A stretch of DNA of 64,000 bases, taken from contig NW_024704742.1 of the NCBI RefSeq assembly GCF_018977255.1, forward strand, positions 99,822,001 to 99,886,000. Direction: 5' to 3'. The translations under genes and the position numbers were made by a program. Source of the DNA: Callorhinchus milii (Eukaryota). A model generated the notes under the pieces. The model was not told the DNA's origin and did no database searches. It worked only from the letters and a program-made list of their open reading frames with translations. Below are positions 1 through 12,232 of the stretch, one piece after another (within the stretch, counting starts at the first letter, position 1; each line of letters begins with the position of its first letter).

Positions 1-689
1 ATTCAACCCCTGAGCAAATAATTTATTTAACTCAAAGTTCTTGCTTGCAGTTATCTATTAATTGGTGCAGTGCACTGTAGCCATTTGACAATGAGGTAGA
101 TAAAACACATCTTTCAGATATAAATCCAATGCTAACAATTTAAAAAAAAAATGTAATTCTTTAGTTGAATATTTTTTCCTTGCTTTTCTAAAATTACTGG
201 ACATTTGCCTTCAAACATAGAGTGACTGTACTTCACAGTAATTCCCTGTGAAGCAGAGTGAAAAACTTTGTTGTACATGTTATATTAACAACAGGCAACA
301 TCAAATTACATTTGTATAGTGCCTTTCACATCAGGACAATGTAAGGCACTATACAAATGTAATGCAAGCATTAAATTATGATTATATTAAATTTGTCCTA
401 ATAGTCTTAAACTATTTGAAAGGGGATGCCACAGTCACTATGAACATCCTTTCATGATCAACTGCAGTCAAACGTCTGAAGTTTTAAGCAGAAATGACTG
501 CAGTTTAACAGACAACCTGCAAACAGGTATATTAAATTAAAGGGATTATTTTCTCAAGCATGAAACCAGTTTGATCAGTTTTTTATTCTTCCCAGAGTGA
601 TCCATTTGCAAAAGGGAAGCTCAGATGGAGGCCTGTACGTCAGTGGAGAGCTGAGCATTCAAACAACATTGTATCTCTCTTGTCTCTCG

Positions 690-1009
690 TGGATTCCAGG
701 GGGAGCACTCGCTGTGCAAGTGAGAGACCTGAGTTCAATTCCAGGCAGAGGGCCACACCTCGGGCAAGTTTCCTTACTCCACACAGAGCCTAATAGCAAT
801 CCCTCCAAAACCCAAAACAATAATAAATTGGTCATTTTCAATCTACGACTGTTTGTGGGACATTGCTGTGCGCAATTGGCTGCCGCGTTCGCCCACAAAT
901 ATACAGTCAATTCACTTTACAGTGTGTTCTGTGAAGCGCTTTGGGACGTCCTCCCGACGTGAAAAGCGCTATATCAAATGCAAGGATTATTATTATTATT
1001 ATTATTATT
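690..1009 (+). mobile_element. tRNA-derived SINE, young short subfamily, 5' end damaged
   Basis: B box GAGTTCAATTCC, body near-identical to 25262-25588, L2-type tail hairpin and (TTA)n. Confidence 0.92.
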
Positions 1010-1869
1010 GGAACAGTCTAGCCTGGCAGTAGTGGAAAGAACAGCATGGGCTGTTGAAAGAGCTATATTTTTTGAAAATGGGGTGTTACTGACTATATAA
1101 GCCCCTGGTATTTTGATCACTTGTTACAACTGCACAGCAAGTCAAGCTACAGAATTATCTGGCTTATTAAAGATTCACTAGCCCTTTTCCAATTATCTAC
1201 AATTCATACCAAATCAGCCCATCAGTGAATCCTGGGCTGATTTAATAGTGGGAGTGTCAGCAAACAGATGACTGCAATAAAACACAAATAGCTTTTAAGA
1301 GAAAAGTGAAACAAGTGCAGAAAGTGAAATACGAGACAGTTTACATTGATTGGGCTGCAAGAAAAGAGACTGGGGGAGAATTATCTGCCAAGCTGAGTCG
1401 ATTTTCTCTGTTTTATTCAATGGTTTTATCTGGCTTCTTCCCACTATGCCATTTTATGTTGTCCACTCACACCACTGATAATGACTTACCCCTGCTGTGG
1501 ATGTATTATGAGTAAAATCAGAGCAAGTCAGTTGGAATTGCTAACCTTTTCTGATTTTTTTTGTTATTTAAAGAGTCCCTCCATTCATGCAGAGACTTAT
1601 ATCCTTTATGTGCATAGCTGGTCAATAATTCAACCCAAAGTATCAGTTTCATATTCTTGCAAACTACTGTATGCACATAACTGAATAGTTCCTTACAAAT
1701 GACCAATTGAAAAGAAAAGCAGTCAGAAAATAGGTATCCCTTGTCACTGCACCAGCCAAATAAAGTAGCTTTAAATATCCTGACCTTTGACAAACTCTGA
1801 ATCTTGTTCTCGGTGAGAACACGTGACAGTCAGAGGATAATTTCGATCTTTGTTATAAAAAAAAGCTTT

Positions 1870-3283
1870 GCCTTCAGCTCACCCTCCACCCTGGGCTGGA
1901 TGCTGCTTCTTCCCCAGTCAAAATCACCATCAATGTTCTTTACATTTGTGACCCGGCCTCCCTTTATTTCCTTGTTTTTCTCGATCTCTCTACTGTCTTT
2001 GATACTGTCGAGAACTCTATTCTCCTCCCTGCTTTACCTCTGTGTTACGGCCTTTTCTGAGTTCACTCTTACCTGTTGCAGTGCCTTCACTTTTCCTTCT
2101 GCCCAGCACATTTGCATGTGACTGTCCTCAGGCCTCCATTCACCATCTATATGCTCCCCTTTGATAATATTATCCGTATTCGCAGCTTCCACATGTTGGC
2201 GGATTATCCCCAAGTCTACCATTCTGCCTCCAGCGTTGATTTCAGGACTACTGCTGTTCTGATCGATTGCCTGTCAGATATTAAATCTTGGATGAGCTAT
2301 AACTGTCTTCAGCTAAATGTCGACAATGTCACCTAAACTTCTCCTGCTTGGTTCTCGTCAGCCCCTTCTGCATCAACCTAATGGGTGTTCACTCTACCTC
2401 TACCTCATGGAATCTTTGGGTTCTGTTCGACTGCCAACTAACTTTCAAACCCTAAATCTGGGCTCTAAATAGCTCTGCTTTTTTTTGTCTTACTTTGTAA
2501 CATTGCCTGCCTCAGCCACTAGCTTAACACAACCCACCCCTTCCCTCCCCAGCCAGGCTGCCGAGACCCTCAACTACATCTTCCTCATCTCCAGGCTTTG
2601 TTACTCCAACACCCTCCTCACTGCACACCCCGGCTCCCTACAAAGGCTTCAGAGGGAGGAATGTGACTCCCAACTCTGCAGCCTATGTCCTCTCCCACAC
2701 CACGAGGCCCATCACCCCCATCCTCGCTCAGCTCCACTGCCTATTCCTTAGTGGATCAAATTCAACAACAACAAGGTTCCATTTATAGAGCGCCTTTCAC
2801 GTCAGGAGGACGTCCCAAGGCGCTGTACAGTTGGGTCAGAACCCGAGCAGGGGGGAAATGGTGAGGGGAGGGAGGGAGTGAGGAGGGGGTAGAGAGTTGA
2901 GAGGGGAGCTGAAGGCACAGTCAAAGAGAAGAGAATTCAAGATTCTTGTCCTCACTTTCCCATCCTCCATGGTTTCAGCTGAACCTAACTGTTTCTTCCT
3001 GTGACCCTAATGCCCTGGCCATTCCCTCTCCTTAGTAAATATTGGCTTGTTACAAGTTGCCCATTGGTGAGCCAGCCTTCAGGCATTCTGCTCCCACTCT
3101 CTGGAACTTCTTCCTCTCCGCTTTCAAAACCCACCTTAAAACTTATTTCTTCAACCGCACTTTTGGCTAGTGTTTTCCCTTCCTTCGCAGCTCTTCCGCC
3201 TCCACCATTAGCTCTTCCTGTCAGCTTTGTGAAGTACTCTGAGATGTCCTCCTGAAAAGAAAGGTTTACATAAATATTGTTCT
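1870..3283 (+). mobile_element. Decayed L2-clade LINE, RT and 3' end
   Basis: ORF 2076-2336 FTIYMLP..FHMLADYPQVY..DCLSDIKSWMSYNCLQLN matches the L2 RT YADD region; DLSAAFDTVD-like segment near 1980-2010; degenerate 3' tail. Confidence 0.85.
2766..2933 (-). mobile_element. Young L2 3'-end fragment inserted in the older L2
   Basis: Antisense tail with (TTG)n; AATTCAA duplicated at 2759-2765 and 2934-2940; removing it restores GGATCAAATTCAAGATTCTTGTC; homologous to 62308-62541. Confidence 0.85.
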
Positions 3284-3769
3284 TGTATGCCTGACAGTCA
3301 TATTCCTCATCTCAATGTAGATATTCTGAGGAATCTAATTGCCGAGAAATCTAACCTAATCTAATTACAAGGATCCTGACTTCCGGAACCAGAAAATAGC
3401 TGTAGCGGAAGCTGGGACTATTTTCAGTGGGTGGTAAGCTCAACTGCACGTCCAGCAGCAAATTCTTCAGGGACTTTTAAATAAAGCTTTTGTATTTGCC
3501 ACTTTTATTAATGGTGACAATAAATATCTTGAAAGAGATGAAAAGTGGCAGGAGTTTCGGAAGCACCCAAAATAAAACATCATCTGGCTACAAGTTTCAT
3601 TTGTAGGCAAGACAGATGTAAAACTTTAGGTTGGTTCTTGCCATTTCCCTCTACAGCTGAGAGTAGAGGTCACTGATAGTCAGACAGTATCTGTATATAT
3701 GACTGCAATTTGTGTGTGAGATGAAAGAGTGATTCTGATCGCCTGTGTTTCAGTGAATTTATCCAGTGA

Positions 3770-4370
3770 GCAGCTGAGCCACTCAGACCAAGAAGGACTC
3801 TGATTCATTCAACCTCTCACATATGCAGTTAACTGATATCAGCAAGGCCTAAAGGAGCTTGAGAGTCAGGATCCTGCTTTTCAATATTCAGATTCCTCTG
3901 CAATGGAATTCATAATGTTTGCACATGAGATAATGAATACAGCTGTTAGGCATACAACAATTTACATTTATATAGCGACTTTCACTTCGGGAGTGTTTCA
4001 CACAGCTGACTGGGAGCCCAGGTCCTCACACTGACCTTAGTGCCTTGCAATAAGGAAGGCAAAAAATCAGCAAGGGTTCCTGCTTCCAATCTCTATTCAG
4101 CTGCTCGAAATGTGTGTTTGTGTGTGTGTTTGGGTGGGGTGGGGGGGGTTCCCAGAATTGCTCAGGGCGTGAAGGGTGTTATGTAAATGAAAGTTGTTGT
4201 TGTCATCCAGTGAGGACAGGATCGGGCTTGGATACAATGCTTCCTGCAGCTGAATAGTTGAACTTCATCCACTGTCAAGACTTGCATGATAAATGACGAT
4301 GACTTGGAAGAGGACTGGAGGCTACGGTGACTGCAGAACTATACTTCAGTTGAAAATAATAACAAAAAAG
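3770..4370 (+). mobile_element. AmnSINE2-like ancient SINE, fragmented by L2 tails
   Basis: CTGAGCCACTCAGACCAAGAAGG head, AAAAATCAGCAAGGGTTCCTGCT and GTGAGGACAGGATCGGGCTTGG blocks resemble the remembered AmnSINE2 consensus. Confidence 0.6.
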
Positions 4371-4521
4371 GAGTCTGTAGAGAAGGAAGAAGAGAGAACA
4401 GTGATAAGGGCAAAAAGTGGATTATAAGAGAGTCTGAATACAAGGAAACACCTGATATAGCAGATTAAATCTCAGGGTCCAAAATCTCAGTGGCTGCGAT
4501 GTAAGTGAAACAGNAAAAAAA

Positions 4522-4687
4522 GTTCACTTCCAGATGATCAGATTTCCTCCGATGTCACTTCCTGTCCAGTCATATCAATGGTACTTCCTGCTCTTAGTAT
4601 TCCACATGCAGTGCAGAAGAAGTGACATTATTGGCACTTCCTGTACATATTGAGAAGGAAGTGATCTAACGACCTGGAAGTCGGACA
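4522..4687. repeat. Degenerate inverted repeat rich in ACTTCC/GGAAGT motifs
   Basis: GTTCACTTCCAGATGATCAGAT pairs imperfectly with ATCTAACGACCTGGAAGTCGGAC. Confidence 0.5.
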
Positions 4688-6194
4688 TTTATAGCATGGG
4701 AAGCTGGCAAGTCAACGCTAGAAGGTGGGTGTACTATGCTTAAGGTTAACATGAGTTCAAAGGACACCAGTGCGATAAGTGAAGCTGTGCTCTCCTATGG
4801 AGCTTTATAACAGGATTCCTCTGAGTATATAATTTGCCAGAATTGATTTGGAAAACTCCTGCTCAGATATTCAGCTGAGGATGGTCTGGATCACGGATGC
4901 ACTTAGAACAAGGATAATATATTTTATAAATATCCATCAAAAATCCTTAATTAAATTATTTTTTCAGAGGGAAATTGGACCCATTGTCATATAAAAGGGA
5001 GGGGAGTCGATTCTACAAATAACTGCATATGAAGCTTCTGAATTACATGAAATTGAATTGTAAGTTGTTAAACATAAGAATGTATTGAACATTTAGCTCA
5101 ATACTATGTTCTGGAGCCATAACATTTATTCAATAAGTCTAATGCTACAATGAAGCTCATTTATGAGAGCATCCTCTCAGTTTGCCCATTTAGACACATA
5201 TGAAGACTTGTTGTCAGACAGTATTACTTGAGAAAGCCGTAACAGAACTTCAGTGTATTTTGTGCACTTACTCTCACTCTCTATTGTGCTGGCCAGTCTG
5301 TGTGTGTGCAAAGTCACTTCTCCAGTGCTCAAGGTGCACTCGTCTGCATGTACCACTCTGAGATGCGAGTTGTGTTCCAGTGATGTCAATGATTTGCAAA
5401 TGGATTGGTAAGTGCAATATTAATTAATTTCTATGAATTCAAAAAACAAAATAGTAACTAAAGTAGGGAAAACAGGTAAAGGCTCAGGAAATTATTAGTT
5501 ATTGATTGTTTGCTTTGTGTGTGTTCAGTCGTGTCTCTGGGCCGATCACTAAAAGTTTTTTTTTAACCGAGGACAGATGGATTCTGTACTTCTTTGAAGG
5601 TCATCGCTGGGAAAGCACTATTAAACAAAATAAACAGAGTTTGAAAGAGAGCCCAAACTTTACACAATGAAAAGTGTTCCCTTGAGGGTCAAATCAAATG
5701 GTGGTGCTCAGACCTGGAGAAGAGTAAACCACTTACCTGGAGAAGCTGCACGGGTAGTTATTGATTGTATCCTAAATAAGGATAGGAATGCTGTAACCGA
5801 CCGTAAATATTGCCCGCAGAAATTTTCAGTCCTGACATTCAGCCCATCAAGTCTATGCTACTGCTATCTGTATTATTAATTCGCCCCCTTTTTTATTGAT
5901 CCTATTTTTCATCCCCACCATTGTGCAGCACTCCAAGACACTAACCTGAGTGAAGGGTGCTATATAAATGCAAGTTGTTGTTCTTCCACCTTTTTCCTCA
6001 TATCCCTTAATGTTTTCACTGCCTCCAAGTGTTTATCCAGTTCTCTGTTGAATGATTTGGGAGAAAACATAACTTACATGCAGCATCATTGAATGACTAA
6101 GGTTAAGACTCTTCCTTTTGGTAGAGGGATCTGTTATTAGGAGACATAGCGTCAAAATCAGAACCAAGATAGTTAAAACTGAGGTCAGGAAATA

Positions 6195-6362
6195 TTTGTT
6201 CAGAGGTGGAATTCTCTGCCCCAGAAAGCTGTAGAACCAGAATAAGTAGGGATATTAAGGGGTATTGTGAAAGGGCGAGGCAGTAAAAGATCTGCCAAAA
6301 CCTAATAAACTGGTGGAACTGAATCAGTGGACTGAATGGCCTATGTTTTTCTATGTTTCTAA
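6195..6362 (+). mobile_element. CR1 LINE 3' end
   Basis: TGGAATTCTCTGCCCCAGAAAGCTGT (WNSLP) and GGACTGAATGGCCT..TTCTATGTTTCTA tail. Confidence 0.7.
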
Positions 6363-8104
6363 GTAGCTGAAATAATCTATAATAGATAGAAGGAGCAGCA
6401 CTGATAAGATAGAGAGGAGCCCAAAAGATTTTGAGTGTCCACAAGGAAAGAATTTGTCACTTCTGAATAGTGACCTTCAGACCATGACAAGCAAAGCAAG
6501 TGGCAACAATATAATAATCTGGCTAACACCCAAAGTGCAACTATGGAACAATTATGCAACAAACTGAAGGCTCTGTGACCCCATCTGAGGACTTGTGATC
6601 TCTCACGGTGCATAAGGTGACTCAGCAAATCACTCAGACCTGTCAAGGTTCTCTGTTTGTACAAACTTCTAATTTACATTGCACTGTCTCATTCTGGCAC
6701 TGAGTGCCAGTTTACAATCAACACCTGTCAAGCACAAGCTGGTAGGAAGAGATCCATTTATGCCTGCAGAAGCATAATTTCTTAAATCTTCATTTAATTG
6801 TATGGTTTTGTGTGCCATACACGCAACGCATGCTTAACTCGCAAATGAATGGCTCACATTTAAACCTTGCCAATGCAATCTATTAGACGGAGCCTTTCAG
6901 ATAAAAAATGAACACACAGTATATAGTTACAAGACGCTATCCAGCATCGGATCGTCCTAAGTGCTCAAACACTTTTTCCTGTTTTCCTGTTGTTGCAACC
7001 TGATGATATTTTTCATAAGCGCTTCAACTCACGTTCTGTCTTATATTTGAGATGCAAATTGACAAAATCTATTTCACACACAGCAAATAAATACAAATAA
7101 TGAGCCTGCCAGGAAGCCAGGTAGAAAATATCAAAATGTCAATAGCAACTGCAGTTTTTTCTAAAGGGAACATATTAAATTCCAGGATTGTTGCTCAAAG
7201 CTGTTGACTTGAGGTTGAGTCTTTTTTACTTATTCTACCTTAATGGCACTTAGGTCAAGGTTATATGTGAGAGAACAGCTGTATTAATCCTGGCTATTCC
7301 TTTTACTGGAGACCATAATACATCAGTTTAAGTGTAGACTCTACTGTCATTATTATTATTAGTGGTGCAATGTAATGCGTAAATAGGGAAACTAAAGTGG
7401 CTGGAGTGAGTTAATCTGAAGTATGTGCTGCCAGACAGATTCCAGTTTACCACATGTAAATATGCCAATTACTGAATAAATAGCTTGGATCATAAGTGAG
7501 TTTGGTTTTCAATCTTTTATTAAATCTCTCTTACTTGTTTTCTGATTTACTTTTCTTCTGAGCACTCTGGCTCTTGCTGGGATTACATACAGATCTCGGG
7601 GTGCCAGCATCTGTCCTGTATCTCACTTATTCTTCATTTTGAACAGTGCAGCACTCCACACGTACTGTGCTGGAGTGACAAGTTGTGAGTTCTAGTATGG
7701 TTTGTGCTACAAATAAACCAATTATACTGTGATCTCTGCTATTACATTCTCACTTTAAAATAATAACAGTCCTTGAATTTGATATGCACCTTTCATATCG
7801 GGCTTCTGAAGATTTTTTGTAAAGTGTAGTGACTGTATTTTGCAGTTGAATGCTTTTATCAAATCCTCATCCAGAACATTAATAATGCAATTATAATTCA
7901 TTAATATAATTAATATATATTAAGTAATGGAAATGACTAATAATTACATTAATATCAATATGAATAATATCCCCAATATAATTAATGTATACTGTACACT
8001 ATTTTATTAATAACATGTTGACAATTAACATAATTAATTATAAGGTAACTATGTTCAGAACTACCTGCATGGCAATGTAATAATACAAATAATAAATTAA
8101 TATT

Positions 8105-8230
8105 AATAATAATCCTTGTATTTGATACAGCGGGTTATAACATCGTCAAGGCATCTCAAAGTGCTTCACAGGATTTTTACTATGAATTGTATTGTCTGTG
8201 TATTTTGTTGGTGAATAAGCAGATCACCAG
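8105..8230 (-). mobile_element. SINE 3' fragment
   Basis: AATAATAATCCTTGTATTTGATAC antisense tail. Confidence 0.7.
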
Positions 8231-8678
8231 CTTAACGCATTATATACGATGAGTAGTAACAGGCAAATCAGAATATTCACTCTGTTCCTCTCTACATTCC
8301 AGGGGTCACTGCCTTTACTTTCCTGCTGCTTACTTCCATGCGTTCTCATTTTCTGTTGTTTTTATTAATCCCAGTGTGTTGCACCTGCTGGAAACACACA
8401 GCACATTAATCAGCATCGGAGAGAGAAAAATAGGCTATTGTTTGGGTTTGACCTGTTTTGCACATGTGCTTATAAAAAGTAAAGAGCTGCTGTCTTGCAT
8501 TGCAAGTTTCAAATTTCCTTGTTATTTATAATTTAAATTAGAATTACATTTATTTATGAGCGCGCAGAGACAAATTTACAAAGCCTGCAGAGCAAAGCAG
8601 AAATTAAATGAAAAAATGTTTCATGAGTTTCTACATTGTTTCAGGAAACTTGTAACATGTCGGTGTGGGCTCATAGGC

Positions 8679-8760
8679 CAGGGTGGTCCAACGTTTTGGC
8701 TGCTGAGGGCCAGATGGCAGATTTGAGAAACATCTGCGGGCCGCAGAAGCCATGTTTTTG
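8679..8760 (+). mobile_element. hAT/Charlie-like DNA transposon terminus
   Basis: CAGGGTGGTCCAACGTTTT..GAGGGCCAGAT..GCGGGCCGCA pattern typical of hAT-Charlie ends; partner end not found. Confidence 0.5.
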
Positions 8761-8984
8761 TGTTTGCCTTCCAGAAACATAGCCCATAAAAATCTAATAG
8801 AAATCCTATGTTTTAATTTGCGTAACTGTATGACTCAATTTCACTTCATGACTAATTTTGGGACATTGTTGCCATGTTGACCTACAAAATACATACTGTA
8901 CAGTAAATCCTATCAAGCTCTTTGAGATGTTCTCTCAATGTGACAGGCATTATATCAATTGCAAGGATTGTTTTTATAAGAACA

Positions 8985-9110
8985 GTACTCCTTCACCTTC
9001 ATGACCTGAGTTCAAATACAGATCAACCTGATGAGATGAAAACTTCTTGTCTCTGTTGGGTACAAATAACTCTGTTAAATGAATTGAATTGCCTTCACAT
9101 AGTCATGGGT
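8985..9110 (+). mobile_element. LF-SINE-like 5' fragment
   Basis: CCTTCACCTTCATGACCTGAGTTCAAATACAG..TGTTAAATGAATTG resembles the remembered LF-SINE head. Confidence 0.4.
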
Positions 9111-11797
9111 GAATTATTGTATACAGTAAAACGTGCATAAGTCTTACCTTTATAAGTTGTATAATCAGCTAAGTCATACATCCAGCCGAGTCCTGTTCAG
9201 TGTCCAATCAAAACCACTTAGATTTCTTTACATTAGATCATATTAATCAGCTCCTTACATGTTTGCGTCTTCTCTATCCTCCATTTCTGCTGCACTTACT
9301 GGCTACATTGAATTGAGAGAAATCACGTCCTAACCCGTCGACTCATGCACACTTACTGGCTGCAATAACAAAGTGCAGTATACATACATATTGGCTGCAT
9401 TGAATTACGCATTCACAGTGTGGATTATAGATGACATTAGATTCTATACAATTTAGACAGTTTGCCTATAACTCAGACTTCGCATAAGCTATATTAAATG
9501 TTATGGTCCCCACTGATGTGACTTATGTGAGTTTTACTGTATTTGTTTTGGGTCATCCAAGTATCTAACACAGCCATGCACTTGAGAGTATACAAATCAA
9601 ACCACTTAGAACGTCACGTATGAAAGGAAATTTCCATTTGTCTGGTATGGAGTGTGCACTCTCTCATGAAGGGACCCCACATGTCTTACTATTTCTAGGC
9701 ACTGCTTAAACTATAACATATATCTTCTTATGTACAACATCCATATTTATATAGTACCTTTCATGTTGGGAGGACTCTCAAAGCACTTTGCCCATTGAGT
9801 GCACAACTAAGCTGGGGGTGGGGTGGGTGGTGGAGGATGACCAAAAGTGCAATGGATCATGCTACCAAAAGGCCTTGTCTTCCCGGGTATTCAGGAACTC
9901 AGCGGCTTGCCTATTGGATCAATGCCCACAGGTGAGGTTAGCAGGCTGGTCAATCACCAATGGTGCCCTGGTGTACTGAGGATCTGCTTGGTTGAGGTAT
10001 CAGATCACTGAGTCCTGCACAGAAAAGTGATTCAGCTCCAGCTTTGCTTTGCCTGGTGTTTAATCATGTAGACAGCTCAATCCCGGAGAGATCTCTCCTA
10101 CCTTCCCATTCTTCCCCACTAAGAGGAATGTGGATATGCAATGGTGCAAAAGGTACAGGGTGGGGTAAGGGCAGTAAAATGTAGATATCCAAGGTCACAT
10201 ATTCAAATTCAGGCCTTATATTGATATCAGTCAGAATGATAATGGTGGGAATTGCAAATAATGTGGGAAAGCAAGGGAAAAATTGGCCAGGAATCCTACT
10301 TTGGCTACAATTTTTGTGACTCTGGCAAGAGGTTAAGAAAAAGATTGAGCCAAGCTATCAGGGGTCTCTGAATATTGATCAGGAGAGGGAACCCTGGCTT
10401 TTTCCCCACTCTCAACTCACTGAGGCCAACTGTAGCACCCATCCACTAAGTGCAGATTAACTACGCAGTCAAATAGACTACTAAAATTAACTCTCTGGGT
10501 CCGTACCTGAAGAATGACTACTACAGTGAGATACCATTGGTATCTCACTGTAGTGAGCCAGCCAGCGACTGTACAACTGAACTCCACTAAGACTCCAGCA
10601 TTTACAGGAGAGGAGGAGAGAAAACAGGATGAAATTGGCAGATAAAATGCTGTAATTCGACAATATTGAAAACTCCATCTTTATCCTAAAAGTCAGAGTA
10701 ATTCCTGTGCTGGCCTCAAAACTGACATTGTCTGCAAAGAAGACTTTCTGGTTTGGAAGCCATTAATTCCTGCTGTGATGAAAGCCTCCAAATTGTTTTT
10801 TCCAATGACAGAAGTGTGCCCTTAATTGTCTGTGTATGTCTTCATTATGCTAATCACAAACTAGTGTAATTCAGAATCATACTGAGTCACATATATCAAA
10901 ACCATTGCTTCTCGATCAGACATGGCATTGATTTTAGATGAATTATGGTAGAAGACGATACCTAAAGTGACAATTAATGTAAGAATAATCCATTTTGTGT
11001 CACAATTAATCAATCTTTGAGATCGATAACTGTTTCACCGCTGATGAAGTATCATATCATTCTATTTGAAACCTTGACCTCTGAGGCTTCAAATTATATC
11101 ACTTGCAAACCTGTAACATATTTTCAATGGAAGATTAATTTGAACGTGTGTACAATATCTTGATTTAAAAAGGAACAAATGTTAGATTTATGTGCACAAA
11201 ATCACATAATTTTTTTTTGAAAAACAGAAGCAGCCCATTCCTCATACCTACAGAATCTTGTAAAGGCAAGAACCAGTGAGTGTTGCCTCTCAGGAATAAT
11301 CATGCATGAATTCATGCAAGCAAACAGCAGCCAGAGTTATGAAAGGCACAATCAGTCTTAAAATCATCTGTCTTCAATGCAGAGCTCCGGCAATACTCTT
11401 TAGAGAGTTTCAGACCTGACCTTTAAAAGGAAAACACTTAGCTTAGGATTGCACATTTGGAACAGCACAATGATACTGTTACTGTGAACAATGTGGCCAA
11501 ACAGCACACTGGTTTTGTTGAAGAATCTCTGAAAATTATTGCTGACAGCACCATTTAGCAATGGCTCTCGCTGGCTTGGAAACCAGACAGAATTGGAAAT
11601 TAAAATAGAAGTCATTTGTACAAACTAACCTGATAACATTAAGATAGCTGGCATAAAAAAATCCTTTGTATTCTTAAACATTATTTGAATTAATGTTTTT
11701 ACAGCGCAATTTTGTAATGGTCTGCAGTCAAAAGCAATAAATGCTATTGCATTCTTGGTATCCATATTCAGAACCTTTGTAGCTGAGAAATTGATAG

Positions 11798-12232
11798 AAC
11801 TTGCATTTTTATAGCATCTCTAATCTCAAAGCGTCAGTTGTAATGCCTGTTTCTGTGGGCAAATTGCCAATGACATAAACCCACAGCTATGAGGTGAATG
11901 ACCTGTTTTTTATCGGGAGGATTGTTGGCCAGGACACCAAAATTAACTCCCTTCTCTTGTTGAACAGTACCATGGGACTATGTCTGATTTGCTGTTACAG
12001 ATGCAGTTTTTTAGAATAAATTTTTAATGCAGCGCCTAAACCAGCCTACCTGTACAGGAGACAGGACCTCAGTTAAACATCTTCTTGTGCAGGGAGGTGG
12101 ATCTCTGTTTAATAGCTACCTTTACATAACTGGGACCACGGTTTAACATTTCATCTGAAGGATGACATCTCTGACAATGCAGTGCGCCCCCAACACTGCA
12201 TTAGTTAGCTTAGCTGGACTATGAGCTCAAAG
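11798..12232 (-). mobile_element. Old DeuSINE (SacSINE1-like)
   Basis: Antisense homology to 33876-34315 (TTGTTGGCCAGGACACC, GGTTTAACATTTCATCTGAAGG). Confidence 0.7.

Noticed and set aside
597..962. Recurrent ORFs ending [33 protein letters not shown] or CKDYYYY (also 18039, 25436, 45583, 55369, 60073)
   Set aside because: Translations of SINE copies in various frames, not a gene family
4514..4514. Single N base
   Set aside because: Assembly ambiguity beside a poly-A run
5326..5413. Possible small exon (TTCTCCAG..GGTAAGT) open in one frame
   Set aside because: Peptide not recognisable and no supporting neighbouring exons; needs RNA-seq
7880..8105. Extremely AT-rich TAAT stretch
   Set aside because: Low-complexity sequence next to SINE tails; no defined structure
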